From Harriotta raleighana (Eukaryota): DNA of 64,000 nucleotides. The notes below the pieces were generated by a model, which made no database searches, was not told the origin of the DNA, and saw only the letters and a program-made list of their open reading frames with translations. The translations under genes and the position numbers were made by a program. The stretch spans positions 584,557 to 648,556 of the forward strand of contig JBNZDD010013494.1 in assembly GCA_050575255.1 (NCBI GenBank), given 5' to 3'. The first letter of the stretch is position 1. Each line of letters starts with the position of its first letter. This document shows positions 24,881 to 37,750 of this stretch, piece by piece.

Positions 24881-25859
24881 TATATTTGTATCAGAAATTC
24901 AAAAATTTTGACGAGAAAATCAGTGCATCAAAACCACTTGTCCAAGAATGTCCAGTGGTTCCTCAAGGTTTAAAACATGCAACATTTGTTTACCTACTTC
25001 ACTCACTCTGAAATGGGAGTTGTACACACAGTGGTCTAATGTAGCTCCAGGCATAAGCGTAGGAGTGAATATTTTAGTGGAAGGTCTCCCTACTCAGACA
25101 GGTACATTGTAATCAGTTGATACAAGTCAGTAAGTGAATTACTGAAGCGTGTTGACAAAGTTTAATAGAATTCACAAGCCACTGTGATGTACATTAGTTC
25201 TCCGAAAGCCAGGGTTGGATTGTGGTTTCAATGCTCCAGATTCACATTGGTTGAATTCCCAGTTGACGAAATGTGTCTACAAAAGGGAGCAAGCAGAGAC
25301 TTGGGACAATGTAAAGGTAACTCATCCATGAGTAATGTCCTCACCTCTTAGTAAGCTATCTCAACAACAACAAAGGCCCTGGAGCATGTTTGATGCTGTT
25401 GTGGGTAAGAAATGATATGTAACACAAAAAAAGTCATTTTTAATTTTGTAAAATAAATCACTAAATATCTGAATGATTTAATGTTTCTTTGCCATTTGTA
25501 TTCTATTTAATTTAATTTACTCTAGTCAATAAATCTTATATTGTAAGCACAGTTCTTTGACAAGCTACTTTGCGGCTGTGTGTGGGTATTAAGGAACATT
25601 AGTGGGATGGATTACTGATTCTAGATAAGACTGATGACTTTTATTTTTTTGAAAAGCTTTCAAATATAATAAGTAAAAATTGACAACAAAATTGTAGATT
25701 TTTCTCCTGTGGCTAGTTCATTCAATAACTCATAACTCATTGCTATAACATGCCATGAAGCTCAGTAGACTGCTTACTAGGCTAGGGATTAGAAGGTTCT
25801 TTCCCATGCATTCACTGAGGTTTATAAATGAGCTGTACTAAATTTTCTCATCTGCTAGT

Positions 25860-26110
25860 CTTGGAGTGGTACAGAGGAAGTATGCAGAGTGATAAGAGGG
25901 AGGAGAGACTTTGGCTATGAGGAGAGATTGGAGACGTTGGGTCTATTTTCAATGGCAAGAAGGTTGAGAGGGGAACTGACGGAGATGTACAACATTAATG
26001 AGCAGTTTGACATGGTAAATAGATATAAGGTATTTCCACTAGTAAGGGTATCAGGGATTAGGGGACAGAGTTATAATAGTCACAGGAAGAACTTAAGGAG
26101 AGCTTAGGCA
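25860..26110 (+). mobile_element. CR1-type LINE ORF2 C-terminal fragment
   Basis: Peptide GYEERLETLGLFSMARRLRGELTEMY, typical of the CR1 ORF2 end. Confidence 0.8.
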
Positions 26111-26214
26111 AAATATTATTCTTTAATTAAAATTCTACACTGAAGTTTTACATCTAGAACAGAATAGTGTGTGATTTGGAAAAATGGAAATGCAAATTCA
26201 GGCATTTATTTACA

Positions 26215-26655
26215 ATAATCCTTGCATTTGATGCAATAATAATAATCCTTGCAATTGATATAGCACATCGTCAACACATCCCAAAGCACTTCACGGGATA
26301 TATTGTAAAGTGAATTGATTGTATATTTTGTAGGCAAAATGCAGAAGGCAGTTGCATACCACAATGTCCTACAAGCAGAATGAGTGACATGGGACGATTT
26401 TATTTCGGGGATTTATTGGCCAGGACACTGAGAGAAACTCACTTCTCTTTAGTGCTACAGGAGCCTGAACAGATAGATGGGACCTCGGTTATAACTTCTC
26501 ATCCAAAGAAAGGCGCTTCTAACAATGCAACATACCCCAGCACTGCACTGAGGTGTCACCTAACACTACTTTTGAGTTCATGACCCGATGTGGAGTTTAA
26601 TCCCATAACCTTCTGACTCAGATTCGAATGTGCAATTACTTAGCCAAACTGACAC
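26215..26655 (-). mobile_element. Older, longer SINE (Deu-domain-like) sharing the 3' tail
   Basis: Tail as in the main SINE; body GGCCAGGACAC...GGGACCTCGGTT...ACCTTCTGACTCAGA; related relics at about 34480-34820 (+), 48300-48650 (-) and 58320-58565 (-). Confidence 0.65.
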
Positions 26656-27014
26656 AAATATGGTGACAAAACATCTCAAAGCGCTTCACCAGGATTTTAC
26701 TCTGAAGTGACTATGCGTTTGGATTTGAACGTATCAGTACTAATTTGCACATCGACAACGTCCCACAATCAGCCATAACATGAATGCCTGGGACACCGGG
26801 AGAATCTCCACAATCTCTTTTTCAAATAGTGCCCACAGGCACGTTAATTGTTACATCAGTGATAATAGAGGAGATTATTGTTAAACAATGGGAAAGTTCA
26901 TTGTACAGTACTCACTCAGTTTCATCCCAAATTGCAAGAGATTTTTATCTTATTGGGAATCTCATGAGGTCAGATTTTTCCAAGAGTAAAAGTTCAAGTG
27001 GATTCTCGCTGCCT

Positions 27015-27062
27015 CAGATAATTCAAGGCAGTCTGCCCCAGATAATTCAAGGCAGTCTGCCC
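27015..27062. repeat. Perfect 24-bp tandem duplication (CAGATAATTCAAGGCAGTCTGCCC x2)
   Basis: Seen directly. Confidence 0.9.
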
Positions 27063-28439
27063 AACAATCTACCAATTGATGCAATAGACCCTTAGAGGCA
27101 CTTAATTTTAAATAGCCATTCAGCCAGGAACAGAGTTATCAATATAGAGTACAGGTACTCTCTTTTTGCCTTTCATAGGACCCCTGGTACTCACAAAATT
27201 CCGGCTGTCACTTCTGTACTTGCAAACTTGGAGAATGCATGCTTTTCTAGAGTCATATATCCTTCATACAAATCTTTCACAATGTAGCCCCCTTCGTATA
27301 GGTAGTGCACGAATCCGAGAAGATGGCATAATCTAGGTGTATCAATCGCTGTCGTGATTCCAGATGCAATCCCTCCGCTTCGTCCCCTCCCTGGCCTCCT
27401 TCAAATCCCACCTCAAAACAACTCTTCTTCAATGGTCCCATTGGCCACTCCAAATCCCTCCCTTTCCCAGCACCCCCCCTGTCCCCAGCTCGGGTCTAAA
27501 ACAATGACTGTTCAACGCCTTGTGACGTCATCCTGACTTGAAAGGCGCTATACAAGTGTAGTTTTGTTGTTGTTGTTTTGCAAATCCGTCTTTGCTGTGA
27601 CTATTCCGTCAGTTGTTCCCTGTTATAGAGGGATAGAGGGATTTTTCCCACGACCCTGTCTTGTTGTCAGGTTGTCATGTCATAATAATTGGCCAATGGT
27701 ATTGGAAAGAATTGCATCAGTTCAGCAATGCATGTGGCCGAAAATTATTCAAGTTCACAAATAGATACTGTGGTACGGCCTCATTTGCTCTGGAACCTAG
27801 TTTGCTCCAGCAGACAGGCAGCAGCTTTGAACTCATGAGAGTGAAGAGCTCTTGGGCCTCTTAATTCTTGCAAGTTCAATTTCCAAACTTGGAAAATCAC
27901 TTTGCTAGTTGTTTTGATTTGATTTGGCATCACGATCAAACAGTCTTAAAGCCAAGCTACGCATTCTGCTTAAAGTGATTTCTCATTTCCTCTTTCAATA
28001 GGAGACAGTGATTCTGACTTGTTATCCACCTTTGACAACCCATCAGTCAGAGTTCAATCGGATTCCTTTCTCGAGACACTTGCAGGCACTCTAAGTTGTT
28101 ATGATGATTTTGTTAAATGCTTCCTGGAGTATCATCAACTCTATTGCTTATAGTCTTTGGACATTATCAGATCTATCTCAAAACAGAGAGTAGGAACATT
28201 GAAACAGGAGAAGGCCATTATATTGGATCCCATCGTACTGCTTTTCTCCATGTCCCTTCATAAATTTACTTCTGAAGCACTTTAAGAAATCTCAATGACA
28301 TGATGTGGTGCATATATTAAATACAAGAATGATTTGAAAGTTTGATGCCTCTCTTTGCAAGACAGCTGAGTAAGCCTGCTAAAGCAACACCACCCAATTT
28401 AACATGATTTCCCAGTTTTGGTTTTGTATGTGTCCAAAA

Positions 28440-28915
28440 ACAAAACAATAAAATTACATTTATAGAGCGCCTTTCACACCAGGACGACGTCCCAAGGCGC
28501 TGAAAAGTCAGGTCGGGACCCGAGCAAGGGAGAGGGGCAGGGTAGTGGGGAGGGGCAGGAGAGAGGAGGGGAGGGAGAGAGTTGTCGAAGAGGAGGGTCT
28601 TGAGACCGGCCTTAAAGGAGGCGAGGGAGGCAAAGGGACTGTGGGATGGAGTTCCAGATTGTGAGGGCAGAGACACTGAAAGCCTGTCCACTGATGGTAG
28701 AGCGGGCTGGGCGGGGAACATGGAGCAAGCCAGAGCCCGCTGCACGGTGTGGGTGGGGAGGTTCATAGGGGGAACAGCAGGTCGGAGAGTTAGGAGTGGG
28801 GTGGGCAAGGCTGTGAATGGCCTTGAGGTTGAAAACAAGGATCTTGAATTTGATCCTCTAGGGAAATGGGGAGCCAATGGAGCCAGGCGAGGGTGGGAGT
28901 AATGTGATCACGGAC
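28440..28915 (-). mobile_element. L2-type LINE 3' fragment
   Basis: Tail plus FKAGLKTLLFD peptide on the minus strand. Confidence 0.85.
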
Positions 28916-29437
28916 GTAGTATATGAACTTCACTAGAAGTGTCTGTGACAGTCTTTTGGTCTATTAAAGTGGTAACCATCTAAGAAAACAGCAAATTTAC
29001 ATTTCGTACCACGCAAAAGGTAAGCGAGGATAACTTACGATTCATGGTTTACCTCTAAAATAGAGCAAGATAATTCTTACAATATAGATTTCTTTTTTTT
29101 AAAATAAAATTGATTGCCATGAGCTAAGTTAACTAAAGCAGCTACAAATTATACACCAATTAGCTGTCTAATCAGTTGGCTAGAAACATGGCCAGTATCA
29201 GATGAGAATCAAAATGAATGCACAAAGGGATTTGGCCATTTCAGGATGATGCTAAATTTATTTAAATGATAAGATTGTATTAGCAGGGCTTACTGGTCAT
29301 AGCGGCCGGCTGCCATGCCCGATTCTCTCTGTGGGTTTCAGATCGGATTCAGTTGGTAGCACAGTCACCTCTGAGATACAGGCGTGGATTGAAACTACGT
29401 GTTGGGACTCATACTCTCCGATTCAGTGCTGGGGGAG

Positions 29438-29833
29438 TAATAATAATAATAATAATAATAATAATCCTTGCATTTGATATAGCGCTTTTCACATCTCATC
29501 AACGTCTCAAAGTGCTTCACAGAATATACTGTAAAGTAAATTGACTGTATATTTGTGGGTGAAACACGGCAGCCAATTGCGCACAGCAGCGTCCCACAAA
29601 CAGTCATGAATTCAAAATGACCAATTTTTATCATAGTGTNCACAGCAGCGTCCCACAAACAGTCGTGAATTGAAAATGACCAATTTTTATCATAGTGTTT
29701 TTTGGTACGGATTATTATTAGGCATGTGGAGTAAGGAAACTTGCCCAAGGTTTCGCCCTGACCTGCCTGGATTCGAACACAGGTCTCACGCTTGTAAGGT
29801 GAGTGCTCTAACCACTGAGCAACAGGAGCTCCA
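29438..29833 (-). mobile_element. Full-length SINE with a 58-bp duplication at the N (29582-29639 / 29641-29698)
   Basis: Long (AAT)n tail and intact head; the duplicated segment joins at N 29640. Confidence 0.88.
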
Positions 29834-30147
29834 CAAGCGTTCCAACAAAGAACAAAGCCTGAATGCTGTGCATGGTCCTAGCTGGATAAGCAGCAGGAAG
29901 GAAAGCTTGCCAGACACATGCTAGATTGTTGGAGGTGCCCAACCCGACCCTAAAAGATCCCTATATGAACTAACTATGCGCACTCCTTTCAAAGGAACTT
30001 CGACAGTTCCTACTTGAAAAGAGTAGGAACTTTCTCCCAGTGTCCTGGTCAATAGTCCCCTAAATAAAAATGTCATTCACTTCATGCCTGTGTGTAGGAC
30101 ACTGTTGTGTGCAAATTGGCTGCCTCTTTCTCCTCTACACAGTCACT

Positions 30148-30455
30148 AGCCCTGTAGCTCAGGGTTAGAGCACGTGCCTCATAATCAAGAGACCTGGGTT
30201 CAATTCCAGGCAGGGTGAAATCTTGGTCGAGTTTCCTTACTCCACACTTCTAATAATAATACCTATATATAAAAAAATTGGTCATTTCAATCCACGACTG
30301 TTTGTGGGACACCGCTGTGCACAATTGACTGCCACATTTCTCCCATAAATATCCAGTCAATTCACTTTACAGTATATTCTGTGAATGCTTGGAGACTTCT
30401 CGAAGATGGGAAAAGTGCTACATCAAAGGCAAGGAATATTGTTATTATTATTATT
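30148..30455 (+). mobile_element. Full-length tRNA-derived SINE adjoining an older SINE relic (about 30000-30145)
   Basis: CTGTAGCTCAGG head, GGTTCAATTCC B box, (ATT)n tail. Confidence 0.85.
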
Positions 30456-32030
30456 GATAGTAAATCCTAGATAGTGCTTTCAACAAGTGGTAAAGTACTA
30501 TAAATATGTAAGCATTATTAATATTTATCTGCAGTGCTATTATTTTGATCACTTCTGTAATGGTGTGCACCCTGGCTGTTCTTGCTCTTAGTTGCCTGCA
30601 GAATTACAGTTAAACTATTCTGCTCAGAATATTCGAAATGAGATAAATGTGTTCAGTAAAGCAGACAGAGGAATAAAGCTGAGCTTTTTTGAATTCAAAA
30701 CAAAAATGGAAATTGAAGCCTTTTTTTAATACCTGAAAGTTGACTCGTCGCTTCTTTGAGGTAATGAATCAGAAACATGAACCTTGCTCATTTTGGAAGG
30801 ACACCAAAATACATGTAGCTGTATTTTAAGCTTTGTCTTCGAGCTTTGTTCTGCAGCATTGAGATCTTCAAGTTAATATTTCCAAGCAGAATTGGTACCA
30901 TTTCTAAATACCAGCAAACTCCGAAATCCGGGAGTTGAGTGGGTCCAGGGCTGGATTATCAAGCTTTTCTATATAACATAGCCATTCATCACATAAAACA
31001 TGTTCAGTTAATCATTTGATACAGTGCCTTTATCACATTGGGGAGACGTCTGAAAGTGCCCTAGCTTTTCTCTGTATCCCTTAATGTCCTTACTATCCAA
31101 ATATCCTTACTAACCAGCGCCCTGGGACGTCCTCCAGACGTGAAAGGCGCTCTATAAATGTAATTTTGTGGTTGTTTTGTATCTATCCACCTCTCTTTTA
31201 AACTTCCTAACCAGTTGTGCATTTACAACCTTCCAGATAATGCATTCCACATCCTCGCAACACTTTCTGTGAAAAAATTATTTGAATGTGATATTCAAGG
31301 TTGATTTTTAAAAATAAATTTGGGGTCTTTTTATTTTTAATCTGAGTTTCTATTGATGGGTTCTTAAAGCACCTTAGAGCAAGGGAACACACAGAAAACA
31401 GAAGTACTGCTTATCTGAGGCAGAGGGTGAGAGGTGCCAACTGAAGGCCAGATGCCATCTCATAGGGAAATAGAAAATAAAAAGAATTATAGCTCAACCT
31501 CCCACTCTTGCCGACAGAGAGAAAGAGAGAGCAGAATTGGCTAACTTTGGGAACAGGCCACTTGTTTGTAAATTGCAGGTGGTGGGTTGCTCCACGTAAA
31601 TGGGGAGACAACCAAGGATTTTGATTCTGTCTCAAAACTATATGGCACAATTACTACTTGTCCTTGCAACAGCATATTTCATGAGAACAAAGTGTGCTAT
31701 TTTCAGTGCACTTGCAGTTAACTAGAGCTCGCAGAAATGATGCCTTTTAATATGTACACGGAGATCAGAACAGAGTCGCTCACGTAGCACACACAGCCAC
31801 AAATGTTTTTTTGTTTGGCAGGCCATTGAGGTTGCAAGTCAACAACTAAGAATGATAGGATTTGTTAACACTATTGACACCCCCCCNNNNNNNNTTTCCC
31901 CCCCCCCCCCCCCCCCCACCCCACAGAAGCCTCGGGACAAACCATTTACTGCCACTTTTGTATTGTATTGTCAGGATGTTTTTGAGGTCTGAGTTGTATT
32001 CTGAAATGACTGCACAATTTTTTTTTTCAG

Positions 32031-32181
32031 ACTGCGACAATTGGACCAGCACTGTCAGGCCAGTGCACAGCAAGTGGTGGGGCTGCTTCACAGGCAGAAC
32101 GAGCTGCTGAGGGAACGCCAGGCTCTCACGGAAAAGTTGCAGGTGGCAAAGTTAGCGGAGAGCACGAGCTCGCCAAAGTAA
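32031..32181 (+). CDS. SDCCAG8: SDCCAG8 3' coding exon ((R)LRQLDQHCQASAQQVVGLLHRQNELLRERQALTEKLQVAKLAESTSSPK*); 3' boundary uncertain
   Basis: Strong acceptor (poly-T tract then cag|A). Coiled-coil translation resembles the human SDCCAG8 C-terminal segment as I recall it (RLRQLDKHSQATAQQLVQLLSKQNQLLLERQSL). SDCCAG8 is the known tail-to-tail neighbour of AKT3 in vertebrates. Confidence 0.88.
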
Positions 32182-35100
32182 GGCTTGACTGTGGCACCGC
32201 TGCATCAAGCTGACAGTGCTTTTGTCACCACAAATTATATCAGTCACACACAATCCTCGCAATGCGTTTCACATTTTCAGAGAGCAGTCTTGACAGCAGC
32301 CTCACACACCAACCAAGCGATGAACCGAGCACAGTAGAATCTATTTACGCCTTGATGGGTTCGTACTATCTACTGATATATTTGGGGAGGGCAATAATTC
32401 TGCCCACTCAGCTCCTGTTAACCCTTCAACCCAAACCCTACTTAGTAAGGTGATCCTAGCTGGACCAATAGTGGGAAGCGAGCCAGGCAGTGCTCTCAAA
32501 AGCACACTGTGTGGCTTTAGCTGGTTAGATTCCAGTAATACCGAAACACACACTCTGGGTGGTGAAGGTTTGGCTCTCACAAGCCTGCACCTAATCCTCT
32601 CTTGAAATTAGATAATCAGGGCCCATCACTCCAGGGAAACACTGGACATTCTGTACCAGACACCGGGATATTTCCATGTGTAGGTGGCATATATATGAGG
32701 GACTTTGTCTGGTTGGGATAATCAGAAACAAAGGTGACAGATTTCTACATGTGCCAGACACCCAGATGACCCCAAAAACTGGTAAATACTTTGCCAATAA
32801 CTCATTTAAAAATGTAGTCAATGGACTTTAAAATATATTCTGCAAAACGCTTTGAGATGCCTCAACGACGTGATAAGGATCATTATCATACTCGCTCATG
32901 TTTTGCTTGTTTTTATTTAACCCGTTCACTGAGTTTGTTCAACATTCAGGTGATTGGAATAATCGCCAGGTGCTACACTCACAATCTGTATGTAAAACTG
33001 AGACACCTGGAAAGTCTCTCTTGGCTCCACAGCCCTGTAAATATAGTGATCTGGTTGTTATACATTTATAAGTATATTTCCAAATTCGGTCTTGACCTGC
33101 GCCAACATTCACACCCACTCACCTCCAGCAGGGGTGGCTTCAGAGTGACTTTTTGGGATCAGCCAGGTGCCTCGATACACGCGGAAACCCGTCACCAGGC
33201 TTAAAATGGCATCGTCTCACCTGCACATGGAAATACATCCCAAGAGACAGATTGTTGGAATGGAATGCCCGTTCTCTCTCCCTCTCCCTGGAGAACACAC
33301 CCCCCCTGCTTACCTAATTCCAGAAAGGCGCATGTTGGCAAGAGCCGAGACTTGGTTAGAGACCCCAGAGTGTGTGATGTGTGTAAACAAAATCACACAC
33401 ACAAAGAAAATTGGTCATTTCAATCCACGCTGCTGTGTGCAATTGGCTGCCGCGTTTCACCCACAAATATAGTCAATTCACTTTACAGAATATTCTGTGA
33501 AGCGCTTTGAGACATCGATAAGGTGTGAAAAGCACGATATCAAATGCAAGGATTATTATTATTATTATTATGATGTGTACTGCTGGAGTTTAACCAGCTA
33601 AAATGACTTAACTTGCCATCAGTGATGCTGTTAAGCTTTCCCGCAGCTTGTCCAGCTCCCCTTTGGCAGCCCATTAGGGCTTTGGCTTGCAGGGTTAACT
33701 TGAACTGATAGGATTGATTCCCTGCCCCCAATGAGTGGTCAGTCCTTCCAGGTCCTGGTGATGAGCCAGGCTGGGCTGTGCTGTATCAGCAATGCCCTGG
33801 ACAACTGTCTCAGGACCCGACCACCTCAGGGCGCTGGCTCTAATCTGACACTCTGTTGCCAAAGTGGTCCCCTTGGGGCCCAGAAGACCCTGTCTATTTC
33901 GATCTCAGAATGATAACCGAAGCAGGAACTGTGCTTTTTCTCCTTTCCAAATGGGGCACCCAAGGCCAATTTTAGAACTAATTTACTCTTCCTGTAAAAT
34001 CCCAGCGCGCACAAATCCGTAGAAATTTACATCACAGAAGCAGGCCACTCAGTCTCTTTGCTGGCTCCTTTATGAGAAATCCTTTCAGTCCTGTCATTGT
34101 ACACCTTTATCTTATTCCTTTTGGGATATTTCCTGCCTTTTCCAAGTGGCTCAGCCAATGACTGAATAAACATACTTGTCCATCGAGAGCTCCCAATTCC
34201 AATGTTAATTTAGATTTCTTCGCTTTGCTTTCGGTACAGATTTACTTTTCAACCCGTGGGAAGGGCAGAGCGGAGCAACAGCATGCAGGATGCTGGATTT
34301 GAAGAGACTGCAGTCGGTTAGTAACTTTGCAACATTACATAGTTGTGAAAGGAGCTATGGAAATGTAATTTTGTTAATGTTGGAATCAAAAAGAATTTGT
34401 GTGCATTTCGAAGAATAATGCACCCCTTTTACCAGCTTCTCTCAGTCTAATGTGGACAAGTAAATCACCATATAATGCTGAGTCAGGATCGCACCCTAAT
34501 CTCTCAGTCAGATGGTTGTGGGTTCCAGCACAGAGGCAAAACTGACACTCAAACGCAGTAATGCAGTGCCAAAAGGTTGTTGCGTTGTTGGAGGTGTCGT
34601 CCTTTGGATGGGACATTAAGCCGAGGTTCTGTATAACTCTTCAGGTGGACTTCACACATCCCCATTGGCACTATTTGTAAAGAGAAAAGAGTTTCTCCTT
34701 CATGTCCTGGTCAACAAATCCTCCAAATAGAATTGGCCGTTCACTTTGTGGCTGGTTGTGGGATATTCCTAGGTGCCAATTGGCTGCCACGTTTCGTCCA
34801 CAAAATACATAGTCAATCCACTCTGCTGAGTGAAGGGAGTGGACAAGTCAAAATGGCATTAGTAGGTCATAGCGGTAGGAAGGATCAAGGCTGGGGAGGG
34901 CTTTGAAGGCGAGGACCGAGCAGGAGCCAGTGGAGCCAGATGATGGGAGCGATAGGGCCACAGCAGAGTACTGGAGCGACAGAGTTCTGAATGATCTGCA
35001 GCTTGTTGGGGTGGTGGAAGAATTGGGAAGGCCATCATGCAGGGAGTTGACGTAGTTGAGCTTAGATGTTACGAATGCGTAGGTGAGGGACTTCGAGGCC

Positions 35101-36689
35101 CATGGGGAGAGGCAATGTCAGTGTTATTGTGATAGTATAAACTTATAACTCCTTCTGTTCTTTAATAAAATAGCCACATTGTCAAAATAAACGAGTTGTC
35201 CTCCTAATCTAGTGCTGTGCCCGGTATCCTAGTTTTCAAACAGGGTTAATAGTATTTTTAGCAAACCTAATATAACAGGTCTTTGGTGGTTATTAAAAAT
35301 AGGCTCAACCTGCATCTTAGTTTGTACTATCAAAGTGACAGACTGAGTGCTGAGCAAGCCAGACACTTCTGTCTGCTTATCTGCGGAGCATCAAAAAGCA
35401 TTCTATTTGCACTTTAGTTTCAGAGCATGTTTGTCCTCTGAGAGGTCCTTTGAGCCTGATTGAAAGGTCAGGTAATGTGCTATCTTGCTGCACAACTTTA
35501 GAATGTCATAGTTCTGAGAATCCGGCTCTTACATCTATTGGGGAGAAAATTCACCTGGGTCCAGATTCCCTCTATTAAGGCAGCATTTCAGAGCGTTCCA
35601 GAGTTTCTCAAATTGTCAAATTGCTAAATTCAGACTTACAACAACAACAAAGTACAATTTTAACATTTTTTTTAATTTAAGACTCAATTTTTGTTTAAGA
35701 CTTAATACTGTACCCAGACTCAGTCGTGAAGTTGATCTTTTTTTTGCTTCTTTGTAGAAAACTGGCTTCAAAATTATGGCTGTATTTAAGAATTTACAAG
35801 AAGAAGAAGTTACATTTGTGTAGGGGTTTTGAATAGGAGGACTATCAAAGGCGCTGGGCAGTCAGGGATTTGGACCTGAGCAGATGGTTGAACCTGGATC
35901 AGGGGGATGGGGGTGGTGGGCGGAGAGGAGGGGGTAGGAGGATGACCGAAGGCACGGTCAACGATGAGGGACTTGACAAACACTGGATGCTTTAAAATGC
36001 TACATAAATAGAGTCCATCTAGATCCAGGTGGAATTTCTCCCCATATTTTTTTACTGAAAGATTGGATTCTGTCTTGCAATGCTTCAACAGCGGATTTCA
36101 TAACTGGAATGCATAATCATCAAATTCAAAACATTGAGTGTGATTAAAAACTGGGTTCACAGGGACACATCAACACGGTCACTGCATGCAACAGCAAGAG
36201 GAACTTCTGGACGCTTTTCTTTGTCATCTTTTCTTGTTTGATCCGTAGTCCTTTGGCTCGGTCCCAGGAACCGCTATTGTGAAGCGCTCTGAGACGCTGT
36301 CCAGCGTGGAGGGCGCTATATAAATCGAAGTTGTTGTTTGTCAGTCTGGAGTAGGCCAGTGAGTCACCGCCATTAGCTTTGGACTCCACTAGGTCCAGAA
36401 GTGAGACATTTTATACAACAGTGTTTTGTACATACACACAGCCTGGCAGAGATACAGAGTTCTGATCGCTGCATAGTTTGTGACTGATGAAAACGCAGCA
36501 GTCTGAAGATCGGCCATTTTTTCTTCAGAATTCTCTTACCTGACAGATTTTTTCCAGCAGAGATCAAATGTGTTTATCAAGATAGTGTTTACACCAGCTA
36601 GAGTGGAAGTGGGTGGGGAACATCCTGCTGAATCTTCCCGACGTGAAAGGCGCTTTACAAGTGTAATTTTGTTGTAATTGTTGAATACA

Positions 36690-37750
36690 CTGTAGGCAGG
36701 AATATTCAGCTCCCATTCCTGCCCTTGTTTGAGCCAAGTCTCCGTTATTGTCACTACATCCTGATTCCCTTCCCCCCAGTTCGAAATTATTTTAAATGCT
36801 TCCTCACAGCAATCCTTGCGAGGCTGTTGTTCCCAGCTCTGTTCAGGTGTAAACCATCCACCTTGTACAGGGCCCACCTGCCCCAGAACTGCTCCCAAAG
36901 ATCTAGGAACTTGAAGCCCTTCTTTCTGTACCATTACTCCAGTCATGGATTCATGCGTTTGATCCTCCTGTTTGATCGTTGCTTGCACGAGGCACTGGAA
37001 AGTAATCCAGAGATCACCGCCTTTGAGATCCTACTCTTTAGCTTTTACCCTAGCTTCCGACACTCTCATCAACAACAACAAAATTACATTTATAGAGAGC
37101 CTTTCATATCGAGAAGACGTCCCAAGGCGCTGATAGGATCCCCGTAGGATTTCATCCCTTTTTTTCCCTCCGGCTTCGTGGATTCCAACATGGACCATGA
37201 CTTCTGGATGTTCCTCTTCCCCCTGTAGAAGGTTTTGCAGCTGTTCCGTGATGTCCAACTCTTGGCTCCAGGAAGGCAATATATCATGTGAGAGTCACGT
37301 CTCTGGTTGCAGAGACCACTGTCTACTCCTTTCACCATCGTGTCCCCAGTGACAACTGAATTGATACTCTTCCCTGTGTCCGTCTGTGCATCCATTTGCT
37401 TTTGACCCTTTTTCACAGAGATTCATCATCCTCAGTACAGAGAACCAGTTTGTGAGTGACTCACTCTCAGGGGATTTCCGCCCTGCCCATCCCCTCTACC
37501 ATGCTGGGTGGTCGCCCATTGACTCCTGTTCTGAATCCCCGTGTAGCTGGGGAATGACCACTTCCTGAAAAGATCGATCAATGAACACTTCAGCCTCCCG
37601 CATGCTATGTAGTGGCTCCAGCCTTTCCTCGAGTTCAGGAAACCCTAAGCTCCAGCTCAAGCAGTCAGAGACACATCCGACACGTTTGTCCGGGGCTCAC
37701 AAAGCAGCCTGGAGTTTTCCCACATTGTACGTGCCACCAATCACAGTTGC
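36690..37750 (-). mobile_element. CR1-type LINE 5' relic: esterase-like ORF1 and start of the ORF2 endonuclease
   Basis: Peptides VVTGDTMVKGVD, MIYCLPGAK and EVMVHVGIHE (SGNH-esterase-like ORF1) and DVVTITETWLKQGQEWELNIPAYSVF (APE endonuclease); interrupted by an L2 tail at about 37070-37135. Confidence 0.8.

Larger units (their letters stand above)
1..32030 (+). other. SDCCAG8: Large SDCCAG8 intron (upstream exon apparently outside the window)
   Basis: I found no recognisable preceding SDCCAG8 exon by eye in 1-32030; the region is repeats plus non-coding blocks. Confidence 0.65.

Noticed and set aside
25263-25316. Possible 54-nt cassette exon (cccag|...AAG|gtaact) in the SDCCAG8 intron
   Set aside because: Weak pyrimidine tract, no similarity to SDCCAG8, and an immediate TGA in the required phase; such AG/GT pairs arise by chance.
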